Source: Eledone cirrhosa
Lineage: Eukaryota
Assembly (NCBI GenBank): GCA_964016885.1
Contig: OZ024743.1
Location: 339,016,001-339,080,000 of the forward strand
Length of the DNA: 64,000 nt
Direction of reading: 5' to 3'
Made by a program: the position numbers and the translations under genes. Positions 49,345-64,000 of this stretch are shown piece after piece. The first letter of the stretch is position 1. Every line of letters starts with the position of its first letter. Under the pieces are notes generated by a model, which was given only the letters and a program-made list of their open reading frames with translations, searched no databases and was not told where the DNA came from.

Positions 49345-52300
49345 ACCAGTGGTGTAACTAGTGACAGCCTGTGGTCTAACTAGTTAATGACAGTCTGTGG
49401 TCTAACTAATGACAGCCTGTGGTCTAACTAGTTAGTGACAGTCTGTGGTCTACCTAGTGAAAGCTTGTGGTCTAACTAGTTAATGACAGCCTGTGGTCTA
49501 ACTAGTTAGTGAGAGTCTGTGATCTAACTAATAAAAGTTTGAGGTCTAACTAGTTAGTGACAGTCTGTCGTCTAACTAGTTACAGTTTCTGGTCTAACTA
49601 GTTAGTGACAGCCTGTGGTCTAACTAGTTAGTGACAGTCTGTGGTCTAACTACTTAGTGACAGCCTGTGGTCTAACTAGTTACAGTTTGTGGAATAACTA
49701 GTTAGTGACAGCCTGTGGTCTAACTAGTTACAGTTTGTGGTCTAACTAGTTACCAACAGCTTGGGTCTAACTAGTTAGTGACAGTCTGTGGTGTAAGTAG
49801 TCACAGTTTGATGTCATACTAGTTAAAGACAGTCTGTGGTCTAACTACTTAGTGACAGACTGTGGTCTAACAAGTTAGTGACAGCCTGTGGTCTAAATAG
49901 TTAGTGACAGCCTGTGGTCTAACTAGTTAGTCACAGCCTGTGTTCTAACAAGTTAGTGAGTCTGTGGTCTAACTAGTATATGAGAGTCTGTGGTCTAACT
50001 AGTTAGTGACAGTCTGTGGTCTAACTAGTTGTAGTCTGTTGTCTAACTAGTTACAGTCTGTGGACTAAATAGTTAGTGACAGCCTGTGGTCTAACTAGTT
50101 TGTGACAGCCTGTGGACTAACTAGTTAGTGACAGTTTGTGTTCTAACTAGTTAGTGACAGCCTGTTGTCTAACTAGTTACAGTCTGTGGTCTAACTAGTT
50201 AGTGACAGTCTGTGGTATAACTAGTTAGTGACAGTCTCTGGTCTAACTAGTTAGTGAGAGGCTGCGGTCTAACTAGTTCGTGACAGCCTGTGGTCTAACT
50301 AGTTACTGACAGCATGTGGTCTAACTAGTTAGTGAAAGTCTGTGGTTTAGATAGTTAATGACAGTCTATGGTCTAACTAGTTACTAACAGCCTGTGGTCT
50401 AACTAGTTTGTGACAGCCTGTGGTCTAACTAGTTACAGTCTGTGGTCTAACTAGTTACAGCCTGTAGTCTAACTAGTTAGTGACAATCTGTGGTCTAACT
50501 ACTTAGTGACAGTCTGTGGTCTAAATGGTTAGAGACAGCCTGTGGTCCAACTAGTTAGTGACAGTCTCTGGTCTAACTAATGACAGTATGTGGTCTAACT
50601 AGTTAGTGACAGTCTGTGGTCTACCTAGTGACAGCTTGTGATCTAACTAGTTAATGACAGCATGTGGTCTAACTAGTTAGTGACAGTCTGTGGTCTACCT
50701 AGTGACAGCTTGTGATCTAACTAGTTAGTGACAGTAGGTGTTCTAACTAGTTAGTGACAGTCTGTGGTTTAGATAGTTAATGACAGTCTATGGCCTAACT
50801 AGTTGCTAACAGCCTGTGGCCTAACTAATTTATGACAGCCTGTGGTCTAACTAGTTAGTGACAGCCTATGGTCTAACTAGTTAGCGACAGTCTCTGGTCT
50901 AACTAGGTAGTGACAGTCTGTGGTCTAACTAGTTAGCGAGAGCTTGTGGTCTAACTTGTTAGTGACAGTCTGTGGTGTAACTAGTTAGTGACAGCCTGTG
51001 GTCTAACTAGTTACAGTCTGTGGTCTAAATAGTTAGTGACAATCTGTGGTCTAACTAGTTAGTGACAGTCTCTGGTGTAACTAGTTAGTGAGAGGCTGTG
51101 GTCTAACTAGTTACAGTCTGTGTTCTAACTAGTTACTGGCAGCCTGTGGTCTAATTAGTTAGTGACAGTCTGTGGTTTAGATAGTTAGTGACAGTTTCTG
51201 GTCTAACTAGTTAGTGACAGTCTGTGGTCTAACTAGTTAGTGAGAGCTTGTCGTCTAACTTGTTAGTGACAGTCTGTGGTGTAACTAGTTAGTGACAGCC
51301 TGTGGTCTAACTAGTTACAGCGTGTCGTCTAACTAGTTAGTGACAGTCTGTGGTCTAACTAGTTAGTGACAGCCAGTAATTTAATTAGTTAGAGACAGTC
51401 TGTGGTCTAACTAGTTAGTGAAAGTCTGTGGTCTAACTACTTAGTGACAGTCTGTGGTCTAAATGGTTAGAGACAGCCTGTGGTTTAACTAGTTAGTGAC
51501 AGTCTGTGGTCTAACTAGTTGCAGTCTGTTGTCTAACTAGTTACAGTCTGTGGACTAAATAGTTAGTGACAGCCTGTGGTCTAACTAGTTTGTGACAGCC
51601 TGTGGACTAACTAGTTAGTGACAGTTTGTGTTCTAACTAGTTAGTGACAGCCTGTTGTCTAACTAGTTACAGTCTGTGGTCTAACTAGTTAGTGACAGTC
51701 TGTGGTATAACTAGTTAGTGACAGTCTCTGGTCTAATTAGTTAGTGAGAGGCTGCGGTCTAACTAGTTCGTTACAGCCTGTGGTCTAACTAGTTACTGAC
51801 AGCCTGTGGTCTAACTAGTTAGTGAAAGTCTGTGGTTTAGATAGTTAATGACAGTCTATGGTCTAACTAGTTACTAACAGCCTGTGGTCTAACTAGTTTG
51901 TGACAGCCTGTGGTCTAACTAGTTAGTGAATGCCTATGGTCTAACTAGTTAGTGACAGTCTCTGGTCTAACTAGTTAGTGACAGTCTGTGGTCTAACTAG
52001 TTAGCGAGAGCTTGATGTCTAACTTGTTAGTGACAGTCTGTGGTGTAACTAGTTAGTGACAGCCTGTGGTCTAACAAGTTACAGCCTGTGGTCTAACTAG
52101 TTAGTGACAGTTTGTGGTCTAACTAGTAAGTGACAGTCAGTAATTTAATTAGTTAGAGACAGTCTGTGGTCTAACTAGTTACAGTCTGTGGTCTAACTAT
52201 TTAGTAACAGCCTGTGGTCTAACTAGTTACAGCCTGTAGTCTAACTAGTTAGTGACAATCTGTGGTCTAACTACTTAGTGACAGTCTGTGGTCTAAATGG

Positions 52301-55300
52301 TTAGAGACAGCCTGTGGTCCAACTAGTTAGTGACAGTCTCTGGTCTAACTAATGACAGTCTGTGGTCTAACTAGTTAGTGACAGTCTGAGGTCTACCTAG
52401 TGACAGCTTGTGGTCTAACTAGTTAATGACAGCCTGTGGTCTAACTAGTTAGTGACAGTCTGTGGTCTAACTAATAAAAGTTTGAGGTCTAACTAGTTAG
52501 TGACAGTAGGTGTTCTAACTAGTTAGTGACAGTCTGTGGTTTAGATAGTTAATGACAGTCTATGGCCTAACTAGTTGCTAACAGCCTGTGGCCTAACTAA
52601 TTTATGACAGCCTGTGGTCTAACTAGTTAGTGACAGCCTATGGTCTAACTAGTTAGCGACAGTCTCTGGTCTAACTAGGTAGTGACAGTCTGTGGTCTAA
52701 CTAGTTAGCGAGAGCTTGTGGTCTAACTTGTTAGTGACAGTCTGTGGTGTAACTAGTTAGTGACAGCCTGTGGTCTAACTAGTTACAGTCTGTGGTCTAA
52801 ATAGTTAGTGACAGTCTGTGGTCTAACTAGTTAGTGACAGTCTCTGGTGTAACTAGTTAGTGAGAGGCTGTGGTCTAACTAGTTCGTGACAGCCTCTGGT
52901 CTAACTAGTTAGTGACAGTCTGTGGTTGAACTAGTTAGTGACAATCTATGGTCTAACTAGTTACAGTCTGTGTTCTAACTAGTTACTAGCAGCCTGTGGT
53001 CTAATTAGTAAGTGACAGTCTGTGGTTTAGATAGTTAGTGACAGTCTCTGGTCTAACTAGTTAGTGACAGTCTGTGGTCTAACTAGTTAGTGAGAGCTTG
53101 TCGTCTAACTTGTTAGTGACAGTCTGTGGTGTAACTAGTTAGTGACAGCCTGTGGTCTAACTAGTTACAGCGTGTCGTCTAACTAGTTAGTGACAGTCTG
53201 TGGTCTAACTAGTTAGTGACAGCCAGTAATTTAATTAGTTAGAGACAGTCTGTGGTCTAACTAGTTAGTGAGAGTCTGTGGTCTAACTACTTAGTGACAG
53301 TCTGTGGTCTAAATGGTTAGAGACAGCCTGTGGTTTAACTAGTTAGTGACAATCTCTGGTCTAACTACTTAGTGACAGCCTGTTGTTTAACTACTTAGTG
53401 ACAGCCTGCAGTCTAACTAGTCAGTGACAACCTATGGTCTAACTAGTGAGTGACAGTCTGTGGTTTAACTACTTACTGACAGCCTGCGGTCTAACTAGTT
53501 AGTGACAATCTGTCGTCTAACTAGTTAGTGACAGTCTGTGGTTTAACTAGTTAGTGACAGCCTGTGGTCTAACTAGTTACAGCCTGTTGTCTATCTAGTT
53601 AATGACAGTCTGTGGTCTAACTAGTTAGTCACAGTTTGTGGCCTAACTAGCTGATGACAGTCTGTGGTCTAACTAGTTAGTGACAGCCTCTGGACTAACT
53701 AGTTAGTGATAGTCTGTGGTTTAACTAGTTAGTGACAGCCTCTGGTCTAACTAGTTAGTGACAGTCTGTGGTCTAACTAGTTAGTGACAGCCTCCGGTCT
53801 AACTAGTTAGTTATAGTCTGTGGTTGAACTAGTTAGTGGCAGCCTCTGGTCTAACTAGTTAGTGACAGTGTGTGGTCTAACTAGTTAGTTACAATCTGTG
53901 GTCTAACTAGTTAGTGACAGTCTGTGGTCTAACTAGTCAGTGACAGTCTGTGGTTTAACTAGTTGCAGTCTGTGTTCCAACTAATTAGAGTCTGTTGTCT
54001 AACTAGTTCATGACAGTCCCTGGTCCAACTAGTTAGTGACAGCCTGTAATTTAATTAGTTAGAGACAGTCTGTGGTCTAACTAGTTACAGACTGTGGTCT
54101 AACTAGTAAGTGACAGTCTGTGGTCTAACAAGTTATTGACGGTCTGTGGTCTAACTAGGGGGGTCTAACTAGCCTGGGGTCTAACTAGGTTGTGACAGTC
54201 TGTGATCTAACTAGTTACACTTTGGGGTCTAACTAGTTAGTGACAGCCTGTGGTCTAACTAGTTACAACCTGTGGTCTAACTAGTTAATGACAGTCTGTG
54301 GTCTAACTAGTTAGTGATAGACTCTAATCTTACTAGTTAGTGAGCCTGTGGTCTAACTAGGTAGAGGTAGTTTGTGGTCTAACTAGTTAGTAACAGCCTG
54401 AGGTCTAACTAGTTAGTGACAGTCTGTGGTCTAAGTAGTTTGTGACAACCTGTGGTCTAACTAGTTAGTGACAGCGTGTTGTCTAACTAGTTACAGTCTG
54501 TGGTCTAAATAGTTATAGAGTGTTGTCTAACTAGTTAGTGACAGTCTGTTGTCTAACTAGTTACAGTTTGTGGTCTAACTTCTTAGTGACAGCCTGTGGT
54601 CTAACTATTTAGTGACAGTATGTGGCCTAACTAGTTACAGCTTGTGGTCTAACTAGTTAGTCAAAGCTTGTGGTCTAACTAGTTAGTGACAGTCTGTGGT
54701 CTAACTACTTACAGTTTGTTGTCATACGAGTTAGTGGCATCCAGTGGTTTAACTAGTTAGTGACAGTCTGTGGTCTAACTACTTAGTGACAGTCTGTGGT
54801 CTAAATAGTTAGTGACAATCTGTTGTTTAACTAGTTAGTGACAGTCTGTGGTTTAACTACTAAGTGACAGCCTGCGGTCTAACAAGTTAATGACAGACTC
54901 TGGTGTAACTAGTTAGAGACAGTTTGTGGTCTAACTAGTTAGGGGCAATCTGTGGTCTAACTAGTTAGTGATAGCCTCTTATGAAACTAGTTAGTGAGTC
55001 AGTGGTCTAACTAGTTAGAGACAGTTTGTGATCTAATTAGTTAGTGACAGTCTGCGGTCCAACTAGTTCGTGACAGTCTATGGTTTAACTACTTAGTGAA
55101 AGCCTGCGGTCTGACAAGTTAGTGACAATCTGTCGTCTAACTAGTTCGTGACGGTCTGTGGTTTAACTAGTTAGTGACAGCCTGTGGTCTAACTAGTTAC
55201 ATCCTGTGATCTAACTAGTTAGTGAGAGTCTGTGGTCTAACTATTTAGTGACAGTTTGTGGTCTAACTAGTTAATGACAGTTGGTGGTCTAACTAGTTAG

Positions 55301-58300
55301 TGACAGCCTCTGGTCTAACTAGCTAGAGATAGTCTGTGGTTTAACTAGTTAGTGACAACCTCTGGTCTAACTAGTTAGTGACAGCCTGCGGTCTAACGAG
55401 TTAGTGACAGTCTGTGGTCTAACTAGTTACATCCTGTGATCTAACTAGTTAGTGAGAGTCTGTGGTCTAACTATTTAGTGACAGTTTGTGGTCTAACTAG
55501 TTAATGACAGTTGGTGGTCTAACTAGTTAGTGACAGCCTCTGGTCTAACTAGCTAGAGATAGTCTGTGGTTTAACTAGTTAGTGACAACCTCTGGTCTAA
55601 CTAGTTAGTGACAGCCTGCGGTCTAACGAGTTAGTGACAGCCTGTAGTCTAACTAGTTAGTGAAGTTTGTGGTCTAACTACTTAGTGACAGTCTGTGGTC
55701 TAACTAGTTTGTGACAGCCTGTGGTCTAACTAGTTATAGACTGCCGTCCAACTAGTTAGTGACAGTCTGTGGATTAACTAGTTGCAGTCTGTGTTCTAAC
55801 TAGTTACAGTCTGTGGTCTAACTAGTTAGTGACAGTCTGTGGTCTAACTAGTTAGTGACAGTCTCTGGTCTAACTAGTTAGTGACAGTCTGTGGTCTAAC
55901 TAGTTACAGTCTGTGGTCTAACTAGTTACAGTTTGTGGTCTAACAAGTTAGCGACAGCCTGAGGTCTAACGAGTTAGTGACAGTATGTGGTCTAACTAGT
56001 TCCAGTTTGTGGTCTAACTAGTTAGTGAAAGCTTGTGATCTAACTAGTTAGTGACAGTCTGTGGTCTAACTAGTTACAGTTTGTTGTCATACTAGTTAGT
56101 GACAGCCTGTGGTCTATCTACTTTGTGACAGCCTGTGGTGTAACTAGTTAGTGACAGCCTGTGGTCTAACTAGTTAGTTACAGTCTGTGATCTAACTAGT
56201 TAGTGACAGCCTGTTGTCTAACTAGTTAGTGACAGTCTGTGGTCTAACAAGTTAGTGACAGCCTGTAATTTATTTAGTTAGAGACAGTCTGTGGTCTAGC
56301 TAATTACAGCCTGTGGTCTAACTAGTCAGTGACAGTCTGAGGTCTACCTAGTGACAGCTTGTGGTCTAACTAGTTAATGACAGCCTGTGGTCTAACTAGT
56401 TAGTGACAGTCTGTGGTCTAACTAATAAAAGTTTGAGGTCTAACTAGTTAGTGACAGTAGGTGTTCTAACTAGTTAGTGACAGTCTGTGGTTTAGATAGT
56501 TAATGACAGTCTATGGCCTAACTAGTTGCTAACAGCCTGTGGCCTAACTAATTTATGACAGCCTGTGGTCTAACTAGTTAGTGACAGCCTATGGTCTAAC
56601 TAGTTAGCGACAGTCTCTGGTCTAACTAGGTAGTGACAGTCTGTGGTCTAACTAGTTAGCGAGAGCTTGTGGTCTAACTTGTTAGTGACAGTCTGTGGTG
56701 TAACTAGTTAGTGACAGCCTGTGGTCTAACTAGTTACAGTCTGTGGTCTAAATAGTTAGTGACAGTCTGTGGTCTAACTAGTTAGTGACAGTCTCTGGTG
56801 TAACTAGTTAGTGAGAGGCTGTGGTCTAACTAGTTCGTGACAGCCTCTGGTCTAACTAGTTAGTGACAGTCTGTGGTTGAACTAGTTAGTGACAATCTAT
56901 GGTCTAACTAGTTACAGTCTGTGTTCTAACTAGTTACTAGCAGCCTGTGGTCTAATTAGTAAGTGACAGTCTGTGGTTTAGATAGTTAGTGACAGTCTCT
57001 GGTCTAACTAGTTAGTGACAGTCTGTGGTCTAACTAGTTAGTGAGAGCTTGTCGTCTAACTTGTTAGTGACAGTCTGTGGTGTAACTAGTTAGTGACAGC
57101 CTGTGGTCTAACTAGTTACAGCGTGTCGTCTAACTAGTTAGTGACAGTCTGTGGTCTAACTAGTTAGTGACAGCCAGTAATTTAATTAGTTAGAGACAGT
57201 CTGTGGTCTAACTAGTTAGTGAGAGTCTGTGGTCTAACTACTTAGTGACAGTCTGTGGTCTAAATGGTTAGAGACAGCCTGTGGTTTAACTAGTTAGTGA
57301 CAATCTCTGGTCTAACTACTTAGTGACAGCCTGTTGTTTAACTACTTAGTGACAGCCTGCGGTCTAACTAGTCAGTGACAACCTATGGTCTAACTAGTGA
57401 GTGACAGTCTGTGGTTTAACTACTTACTGACAGCCTGCGGTCTAACTAGTTAGTGACAATCTGTCGTCTAACTAGTTAGTGACAGTCTGTGGTTTAACTA
57501 GTTAGTGACAGCCTGTGGTCTAACTAGTTACAGCCTGTTGTCTATCTAGTTAATGACAGTCTGTGGTCTAACTAGTTAGTCACAGTTTGTGGCCTAACTA
57601 GCTGATGACAGTCTGTGGTCTAACTAGTTAGTGACAGCCTCTGGACTAACTAGTTAGTGATAGTCTGTGGTTTAACTAGTTAGTGACAGCCTCTGGTCTA
57701 ACTAGTTAGTGACAGTCTGTGGTCTAACTAGTTAGTGACAGCCTCCGGTCTAACTAGTTAGTTATAGTCTGTGGTTGAACTAGTTAGTGGCAGCCTCTGG
57801 TCTAACTAGTTAGTGACAGTGTGTGGTCTAACTAGTTAGTTACAATCTGTGGTCTAACTAGTTAGTGACAGTCTGTGGTCTAACTAGTCAGTGACAGTCT
57901 GTGGTTTAACTAGTTGCAGTCTGTGTTCCAACTAATTAGAGTCTGTTGTCTAACTAGTTCATGACAGTCCCTGGTCCAACTAGTTAGTGACAGCCTGTAA
58001 TTTAATTAGTTAGAGACAGTCTGTGGTCTAACTAGTTACAGACTGTGGTCTAACTAGTAAGTGACAGTCTGTGGTCTAACAAGTTATTGACGGTCTGTGG
58101 TCTAACTAGGGGGGTCTAACTAGCCTGGGGTCTAACTAGGTTGTGACAGTCTGTGATCTAACTAGTTACACTTTGGGGTCTAACTAGTTAGTGACAGCCT
58201 GTGGTCTAACTAGTTACAACCTGTGGTCTAACTAGTTAATGACAGTCTGTGGTCTAACTAGTTAGTGATAGACTCTAATCTTACTAGTTAGTGAGCCTGT

Positions 58301-61300
58301 GGTCTAACTAGGTAGAGGTAGTTTGTGGTCTAACTAGTTAGTAACAGCCTGAGGTCTAACTAGTTAGTGACAGTCTGTGGTCTAAGTAGTTTGTGACAAC
58401 CTGTGGTCTAACTAGTTAGTGACAGCGTGTTGTCTAACTAGTTACAGTCTGTGGTCTAAATAGTTATAGAGTGTTGTCTAACTAGTTAGTGACAGTCTGT
58501 TGTCTAACTAGTTACAGTTTGTGGTCTAACTTCTTAGTGACAGCCTGTGGTCTAACTATTTAGTGACAGTATGTGGCCTAACTAGTTACAGCTTGTGGTC
58601 TAACTAGTTAGTCAAAGCTTGTGGTCTAACTAGTTAGTGACAGTCTGTGGTCTAACTACTTACAGTTTGTTGTCATACGAGTTAGTGGCATCCAGTGGTT
58701 TAACTAGTTAGTGACAGTCTGTGGTCTAACTACTTAGTGACAGTCTGTGGTCTAAATAGTTAGTGACAATCTGTTGTTTAACTAGTTAGTGACAGTCTGT
58801 GGTTTAACTACTAAGTGACAGCCTGCGGTCTAACAAGTTAATGACAGACTCTGGTGTAACTAGTTAGAGACAGTTTGTGGTCTAACTAGTTAGGGGCAAT
58901 CTGTGGTCTAACTAGTTAGTGATAGCCTCTTATGAAACTAGTTAGTGAGTCAGTGGTCTAACTAGTTAGAGACAGTTTGTGATCTAATTAGTTAGTGACA
59001 GTCTGCGGTCCAACTAGTTCGTGACAGTCTATGGTTTAACTACTTAGTGAAAGCCTGCGGTCTGACAAGTTAGTGACAATCTGTCGTCTAACTAGTTCGT
59101 GACGGTCTGTGGTTTAACTAGTTAGTGACAGCCTGTGGTCTAACTAGTTACATCCTGTGATCTAACTAGTTAGTGAGAGTCTGTGGTCTAACTATTTAGT
59201 GACAGTTTGTGGTCTAACTAGTTAATGACAGTTGGTGGTCTAACTAGTTAGTGACAGCCTCTGGTCTAACTAGCTAGAGATAGTCTGTGGTTTAACTAGT
59301 TAGTGACAACCTCTGGTCTAACTAGTTAGTGACAGCCTGCGGTCTAACGAGTTAGTGACAGTCTGTGGTCTAACTAGTTACATCCTGTGATCTAACTAGT
59401 TAGTGAGAGTCTGTGGTCTAACTATTTAGTGACAGTTTGTGGTCTAACTAGTTAATGACAGTTGGTGGTCTAACTAGTTAGTGACAGCCTCTGGTCTAAC
59501 TAGCTAGAGATAGTCTGTGGTTTAACTAGTTAGTGACAACCTCTGGTCTAACTAGTTAGTGACAGCCTGCGGTCTAACGAGTTAGTGACAGCCTGTAGTC
59601 TAACTAGTTAGTGAAGTTTGTGGTCTAACTACTTAGTGACAGTCTGTGGTCTAACTAGTTTGTGACAGCCTGTGGTCTAACTAGTTATAGACTGCCGTCC
59701 AACTAGTTAGTGACAGTCTGTGGATTAACTAGTTGCAGTCTGTGTTCTAACTAGTTACAGTCTGTGGTCTAACTAGTTAGTGACAGTCTGTGGTCTAACT
59801 AGTTAGTGACAGTCTCTGGTCTAACTAGTTAGTGACAGTCTGTGGTCTAACTAGTTACAGTCTGTGGTCTAACTAGTTACAGTTTGTGGTCTAACAAGTT
59901 AGCGACAGCCTGAGGTCTAACGAGTTAGTGACAGTATGTGGTCTAACTAGTTCCAGTTTGTGGTCTAACTAGTTAGTGAAAGCTTGTGATCTAACTAGTT
60001 AGTGACAGTCTGTGGTCTAACTAGTTACAGTTTGTTGTCATACTAGTTAGTGACAGCCTGTGGTCTATCTACTTTGTGACAGCCTGTGGTGTAACTAGTT
60101 AGTGACAGCCTGTGGTCTAACTAGTTAGTTACAGTCTGTGATCTAACTAGTTAGTGACAGCCTGTTGTCTAACTAGTTAGTGACAGTCTGTGGTCTAACA
60201 AGTTAGTGACAGCCTGTAATTTATTTAGTTAGAGACAGTCTGTGGTCTAGCTAATTACAGCCTGTGGTCTAACTAGTCAGTGACAGTTTGTGGTCTAACT
60301 AGTTACTGACAGCCTGTGGTCTAACTAGTTAGTGACAGTCTGTGGTTTAGCTAGTTACTGACAATATATGGTCTAACTAGTTACTGACACCCTGTTGTCT
60401 AACTAGTTTGTGACAGCCTGTGGTCTAACTAGTTAGTGACAAGCTGTGCTCTAACTAGTTATTGACAGCCTCTTGTCTAACTAGTTACAGCCTGTGGTCT
60501 AACTAGTTAGTGAGGGTCTGTAATTTAATTAGTTAGGGACAGTCTGTGGTCTAAGTAGTTACAGCCTGTGGTCTAAGTAGTTAGTGGCAGCCTATGGTCT
60601 AACTAGTTAGTGACAATGTATGGTCTAACTAATTACAGTTTTTGTTATAACTAGTTAGTTTCAGTTTGTGGTCTAACTAGTTAGTGAGAGCCTGTGGTCT
60701 AACTAGTTACAGTCTGTGGTCTAACTACTTAGTAACAGCTTGTGGTCGAAGTAGTTACAACCTGTGTTTTAACCAGTTAGTGACAGTCTGAGGTCTAACT
60801 AGTTAGTGACAGCCTTTGGTTAACTAGTTAGTAATAATTTGTGCTCTAACTAGTTAGTGAGAGCCTGTGGTCTAACTAGTTAGTGACAGTCTGTCGTTTT
60901 ACTAGTTACAGCCTGTGGTCTAAATAGTTAGTGACAGTTTTTGGTGTATCTAATTAGTGACAATCTCTGGTTTAACTAGTTACAGCCTAATTAGTTAGTG
61001 ACAGTTTTTCTTGTAACTAGTTAGTGACAGACTGTGGTCTAACTAGTTAGTTTCAGTCTGTGGTTTAACTACTTAGTTAGCGCCTGTGGTCTAACAAGTT
61101 AGTGACAGTCTGTGGTCTATCTACTTAGTGACAGACTGTGGTCTAACTAGTTAGTGACAGTCTGTGGTTTATCTACTTAGTGACAGCCTGTGATCTAACA
61201 AGTTAGTGACAGTCTGTGGTCTAACTACTTAGTGACAGCCTGTGCTCTAACTAGTTTGTGACAGTCTGTGAGATAACTAGTGACAGCCTGTGGTCTAACT

Positions 61301-64000
61301 AGTTAATGACAGTATGTGTTCTAACTAGTTACAGTTTGTTGTCATACTAGTTAGTGACAGCCAGTTGTTTAACTAGTTAGTGACAGTCTGTGGTCTAACT
61401 ACTTAGTGACAGTCTGTGGTCTAAATAGTTAGAGACAGATTTGGTCTAACTAGTTAGTGACAGTCTCTGGTCTAACTCCTTAGTGACAGCCTGTTGTTTA
61501 ACAACTTAGTGACAGCCTGCGGTCTAACTAGTTAGTGACAAGCTGTGGTCTAACTAGTTAGTGACAGACTGTGGTTTAACTACTTAGTGACAGTCTGTGC
61601 TCTAACAAATTATTGACAGTCTGTGGTCTAACTAGTTAGTGACAGCCGGTAGTCTAGCTAGTTCGTGACAGTCTGTGATCTAACTACTTAGAGACCGTTT
61701 GTGATCTAACTAGTTAGTGGCAGTGTGTGGTCTAACTATTTAGTGACAGTATGTGGTCTAACTAGTTACAGTTTGTTGTCTACATAGTTAGTCAAAAATT
61801 GTGGTCTAACTAGTTAGTGACAGTCGGTGGTCTAACTAGTTAGTAACAATGTGTGGTCTAACTAGTTAGTGACAGTTTGTGGTCTAACCAGTTAGTGACA
61901 GCCTCTGGTCTAACTAGTTAGTGATAGTCTGTAGTTTAACTAGTTAGTGACAGCCTCTGGTCTAACTAGTTAGTTAGAGTCTGTGGTCTAACTAGTTACA
62001 TCCTGTTGTAATACTAGTTAGTGACTGTCTGAGGTCTAACTAGTTAGTGACAGTCAGTGGTCTAACTACTTAGTGACAGTCTGTGGTCTAAATAGTTAGT
62101 GACAGCCTGTGGTCTAACTAGTTAGTGTCAGCCTGTAGTCTAACTAGTTACAGCCCGTGGTCTAAATAGTTATAGAGTGTGGTCCAACTAGTTAGTGACA
62201 GTCTGTGGTTTAACTAGTTGCAGTCTGTGATCTAACTAGTTACAGTCTGTGGTCTAACTAGTTAGTGACAGTCTGTGGGCTAACTAGTTAGTGACAGTCT
62301 CTGGTCTAACTAGTTAGTGACAGTCTGTGGTCTAACTAGTTAGTGACAGCCTGTGGTCTAATTAGTTAGTGACAAACGGTGGTCTAACTAGTGACAGCCT
62401 GTGGTTTAGCTAGTTAGTGACAGCCTGTGGTCTAACTTGTTACAGTTTGTTGTCATACTAGTTAGTGACAGCCTGTGGTCTAACTACTTCGTGACAGTCT
62501 GTGGTCTAAATACATAGTGACAGACTGTGGTTTATCTACATTGTGACACCCTGTGGTGTAATTAGTTAGTGAGAGCCCGTGGTCTAACTTGTTAGTTACA
62601 GTCTGTGATCTAACCAGTCAGTGACAGCCTGTGGTCTAACTAGTTAGTGACAGTCTGTGGTCTAACAAGTTAGTGATAGCCTGTAATTTAATTAGTTAGA
62701 GAAAGTCTGTGGTCTATCTAATTACAGCATGTGGCCTAACTAGTTAGTGACAGTCTTTGGTTTAGCTAGTTAGTGACAATCTATGGTCTAACTAGTTACT
62801 GACACCCTGTTGTCTAACTAGTTTGTGACAGCCTGTGGTCTAACTAGTTAGTGAAAGGCTGTGCTCTAACTAGTTAGTGACAGCCTGTGGTCTACCTAGT
62901 TAGTGACAGCCTGTTGTCTAACTAGTTACAGCCTGTGGTCTAACTAGGAGCAGCCTGTGGTCTAACTAGTTAGTGACAGTCTGTGGTTTAACTAGTTGCA
63001 GTATGTGGTGTAACTAGTTACAGTCTGTGGTCTAACTAGTTACTGACAGTCCCTGGTCTAACTAGTTAGTGACAGTCTGTGCTCTAACTATTTAGTGACA
63101 GCCTGTAATTTAATTAGTTAGAGACAGTCTGTCGTCTACCTAGTTAGTGACAGTCTGTGCTCTAACTATTTAGTGACAGCCTTTAATTTAATTAGTTAGA
63201 GACAGTCTGTGATCTAACTAGTTAGTGACAGGCTGTGCTCTAACTAGTTAGTGACAGCCTGTGATCTAACTAGTTAGTGACAGCCTGTGGTCGAACTAGT
63301 TAGTGAGGGTCTGTGGTTTAACTAGTTTCAGTCTGTGGTGTAACTAGTTACAGTCTGTGGTCTAACTAGTTATAGCCTGTGGTCTAAGTAGTTAGTGACA
63401 GCCTATGTTCTAACTAGTTAGTGACAATGTATGGTCTAACTAATTACAGTCTGTGTTAAAACTAGTTAGTTTCAGTTTCTGGTTTAATAGTTAGTGAGAG
63501 ACTGTGGTCTAAATAGTTACAGTCTGTGGTCTAACTACTTAGTAACAGCCTTTGGTCGAAGTAGTTACAGCCTGTGGTTTAACCAGTTAGTGACAGTCTG
63601 ATGTCTAACTTGTTAGTGACAGCCTGTGGTTAACTAGTTAGTGATAATTTGTGGTCTAACTATTTAGTGAGAGCCTGTGGTCTAACTAGTTAGTGACAGT
63701 TTTTGATGTATCTAATTAGTGACAATCTGTGGTTTAACTAGTTACAGCCGTTTGTCTAATTAGTTTGTTACAGTCTGTGATATAACTAGTTAGGGACAGA
63801 CTGTGGTCTAACTAGTCAGTGACAGTCTGTGGTTTAAATACTTAGTGACAGCCTGTGGTCTAACAAGTAATTGACAGTCTGTGGTCTAACTACTTTGTGA
63901 CATCCTGTGGTCTAATTAGTCAGTGACAGTCTGTGGTCTAACTAGTTACAGTTTGTGGTCTACCTTGTTAGTGACAGTCTGTGGTCTAACTATTTAGTGA
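49345..64000 (-). repeat. Satellite A array 2 (reverse orientation: TAACTAGTTAGTGACAGTCTGTGGTC), runs off window
   Basis: Monomer is the exact reverse complement of the array 1 monomer; at least 14.6 kb uninterrupted. Confidence 0.97.

Overview
Eukaryotic, repeat-dominated window. The SINE/LINE repertoire and the dense (TA)n/(CA)n tracts suggest a cephalopod (octopus-like) genome; this is an inference. The only host gene is the 3' end of SGT1/SUGT1 (last two coding exons, ~390-556 and 2682-2789). Next comes a decayed Ty3/Gypsy element (4163-8264, minus strand) running straight into a 26-bp palindrome-containing satellite (A, 8262-18495), which is interrupted by an RTE LINE. Satellite A abuts a 31-bp satellite (B, 18491-30715). 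An ~18.6-kb retroelement-rich island follows, with tRNA-SINEs, RTE, CRE and L1/Tx1 fragments and Penelope-like elements. A second satellite A array in the opposite orientation runs from 49345 to the window end. The most notable signal, invisible in the ORF track, is a cluster of five minimal type-I hammerhead ribozyme motifs at 42.0-46.8 kb. Three form a family with a long extended stem II, with compensatory changes between two copies. Two of these sit in short non-coding fold-back elements ending in (TA)n; the third lies downstream of an un-called GIY-YIG C-terminal fragment, a candidate autonomous partner. Everything was read by eye: no alignments, folding or database searches were run, and coordinates of degenerate elements are approximate.
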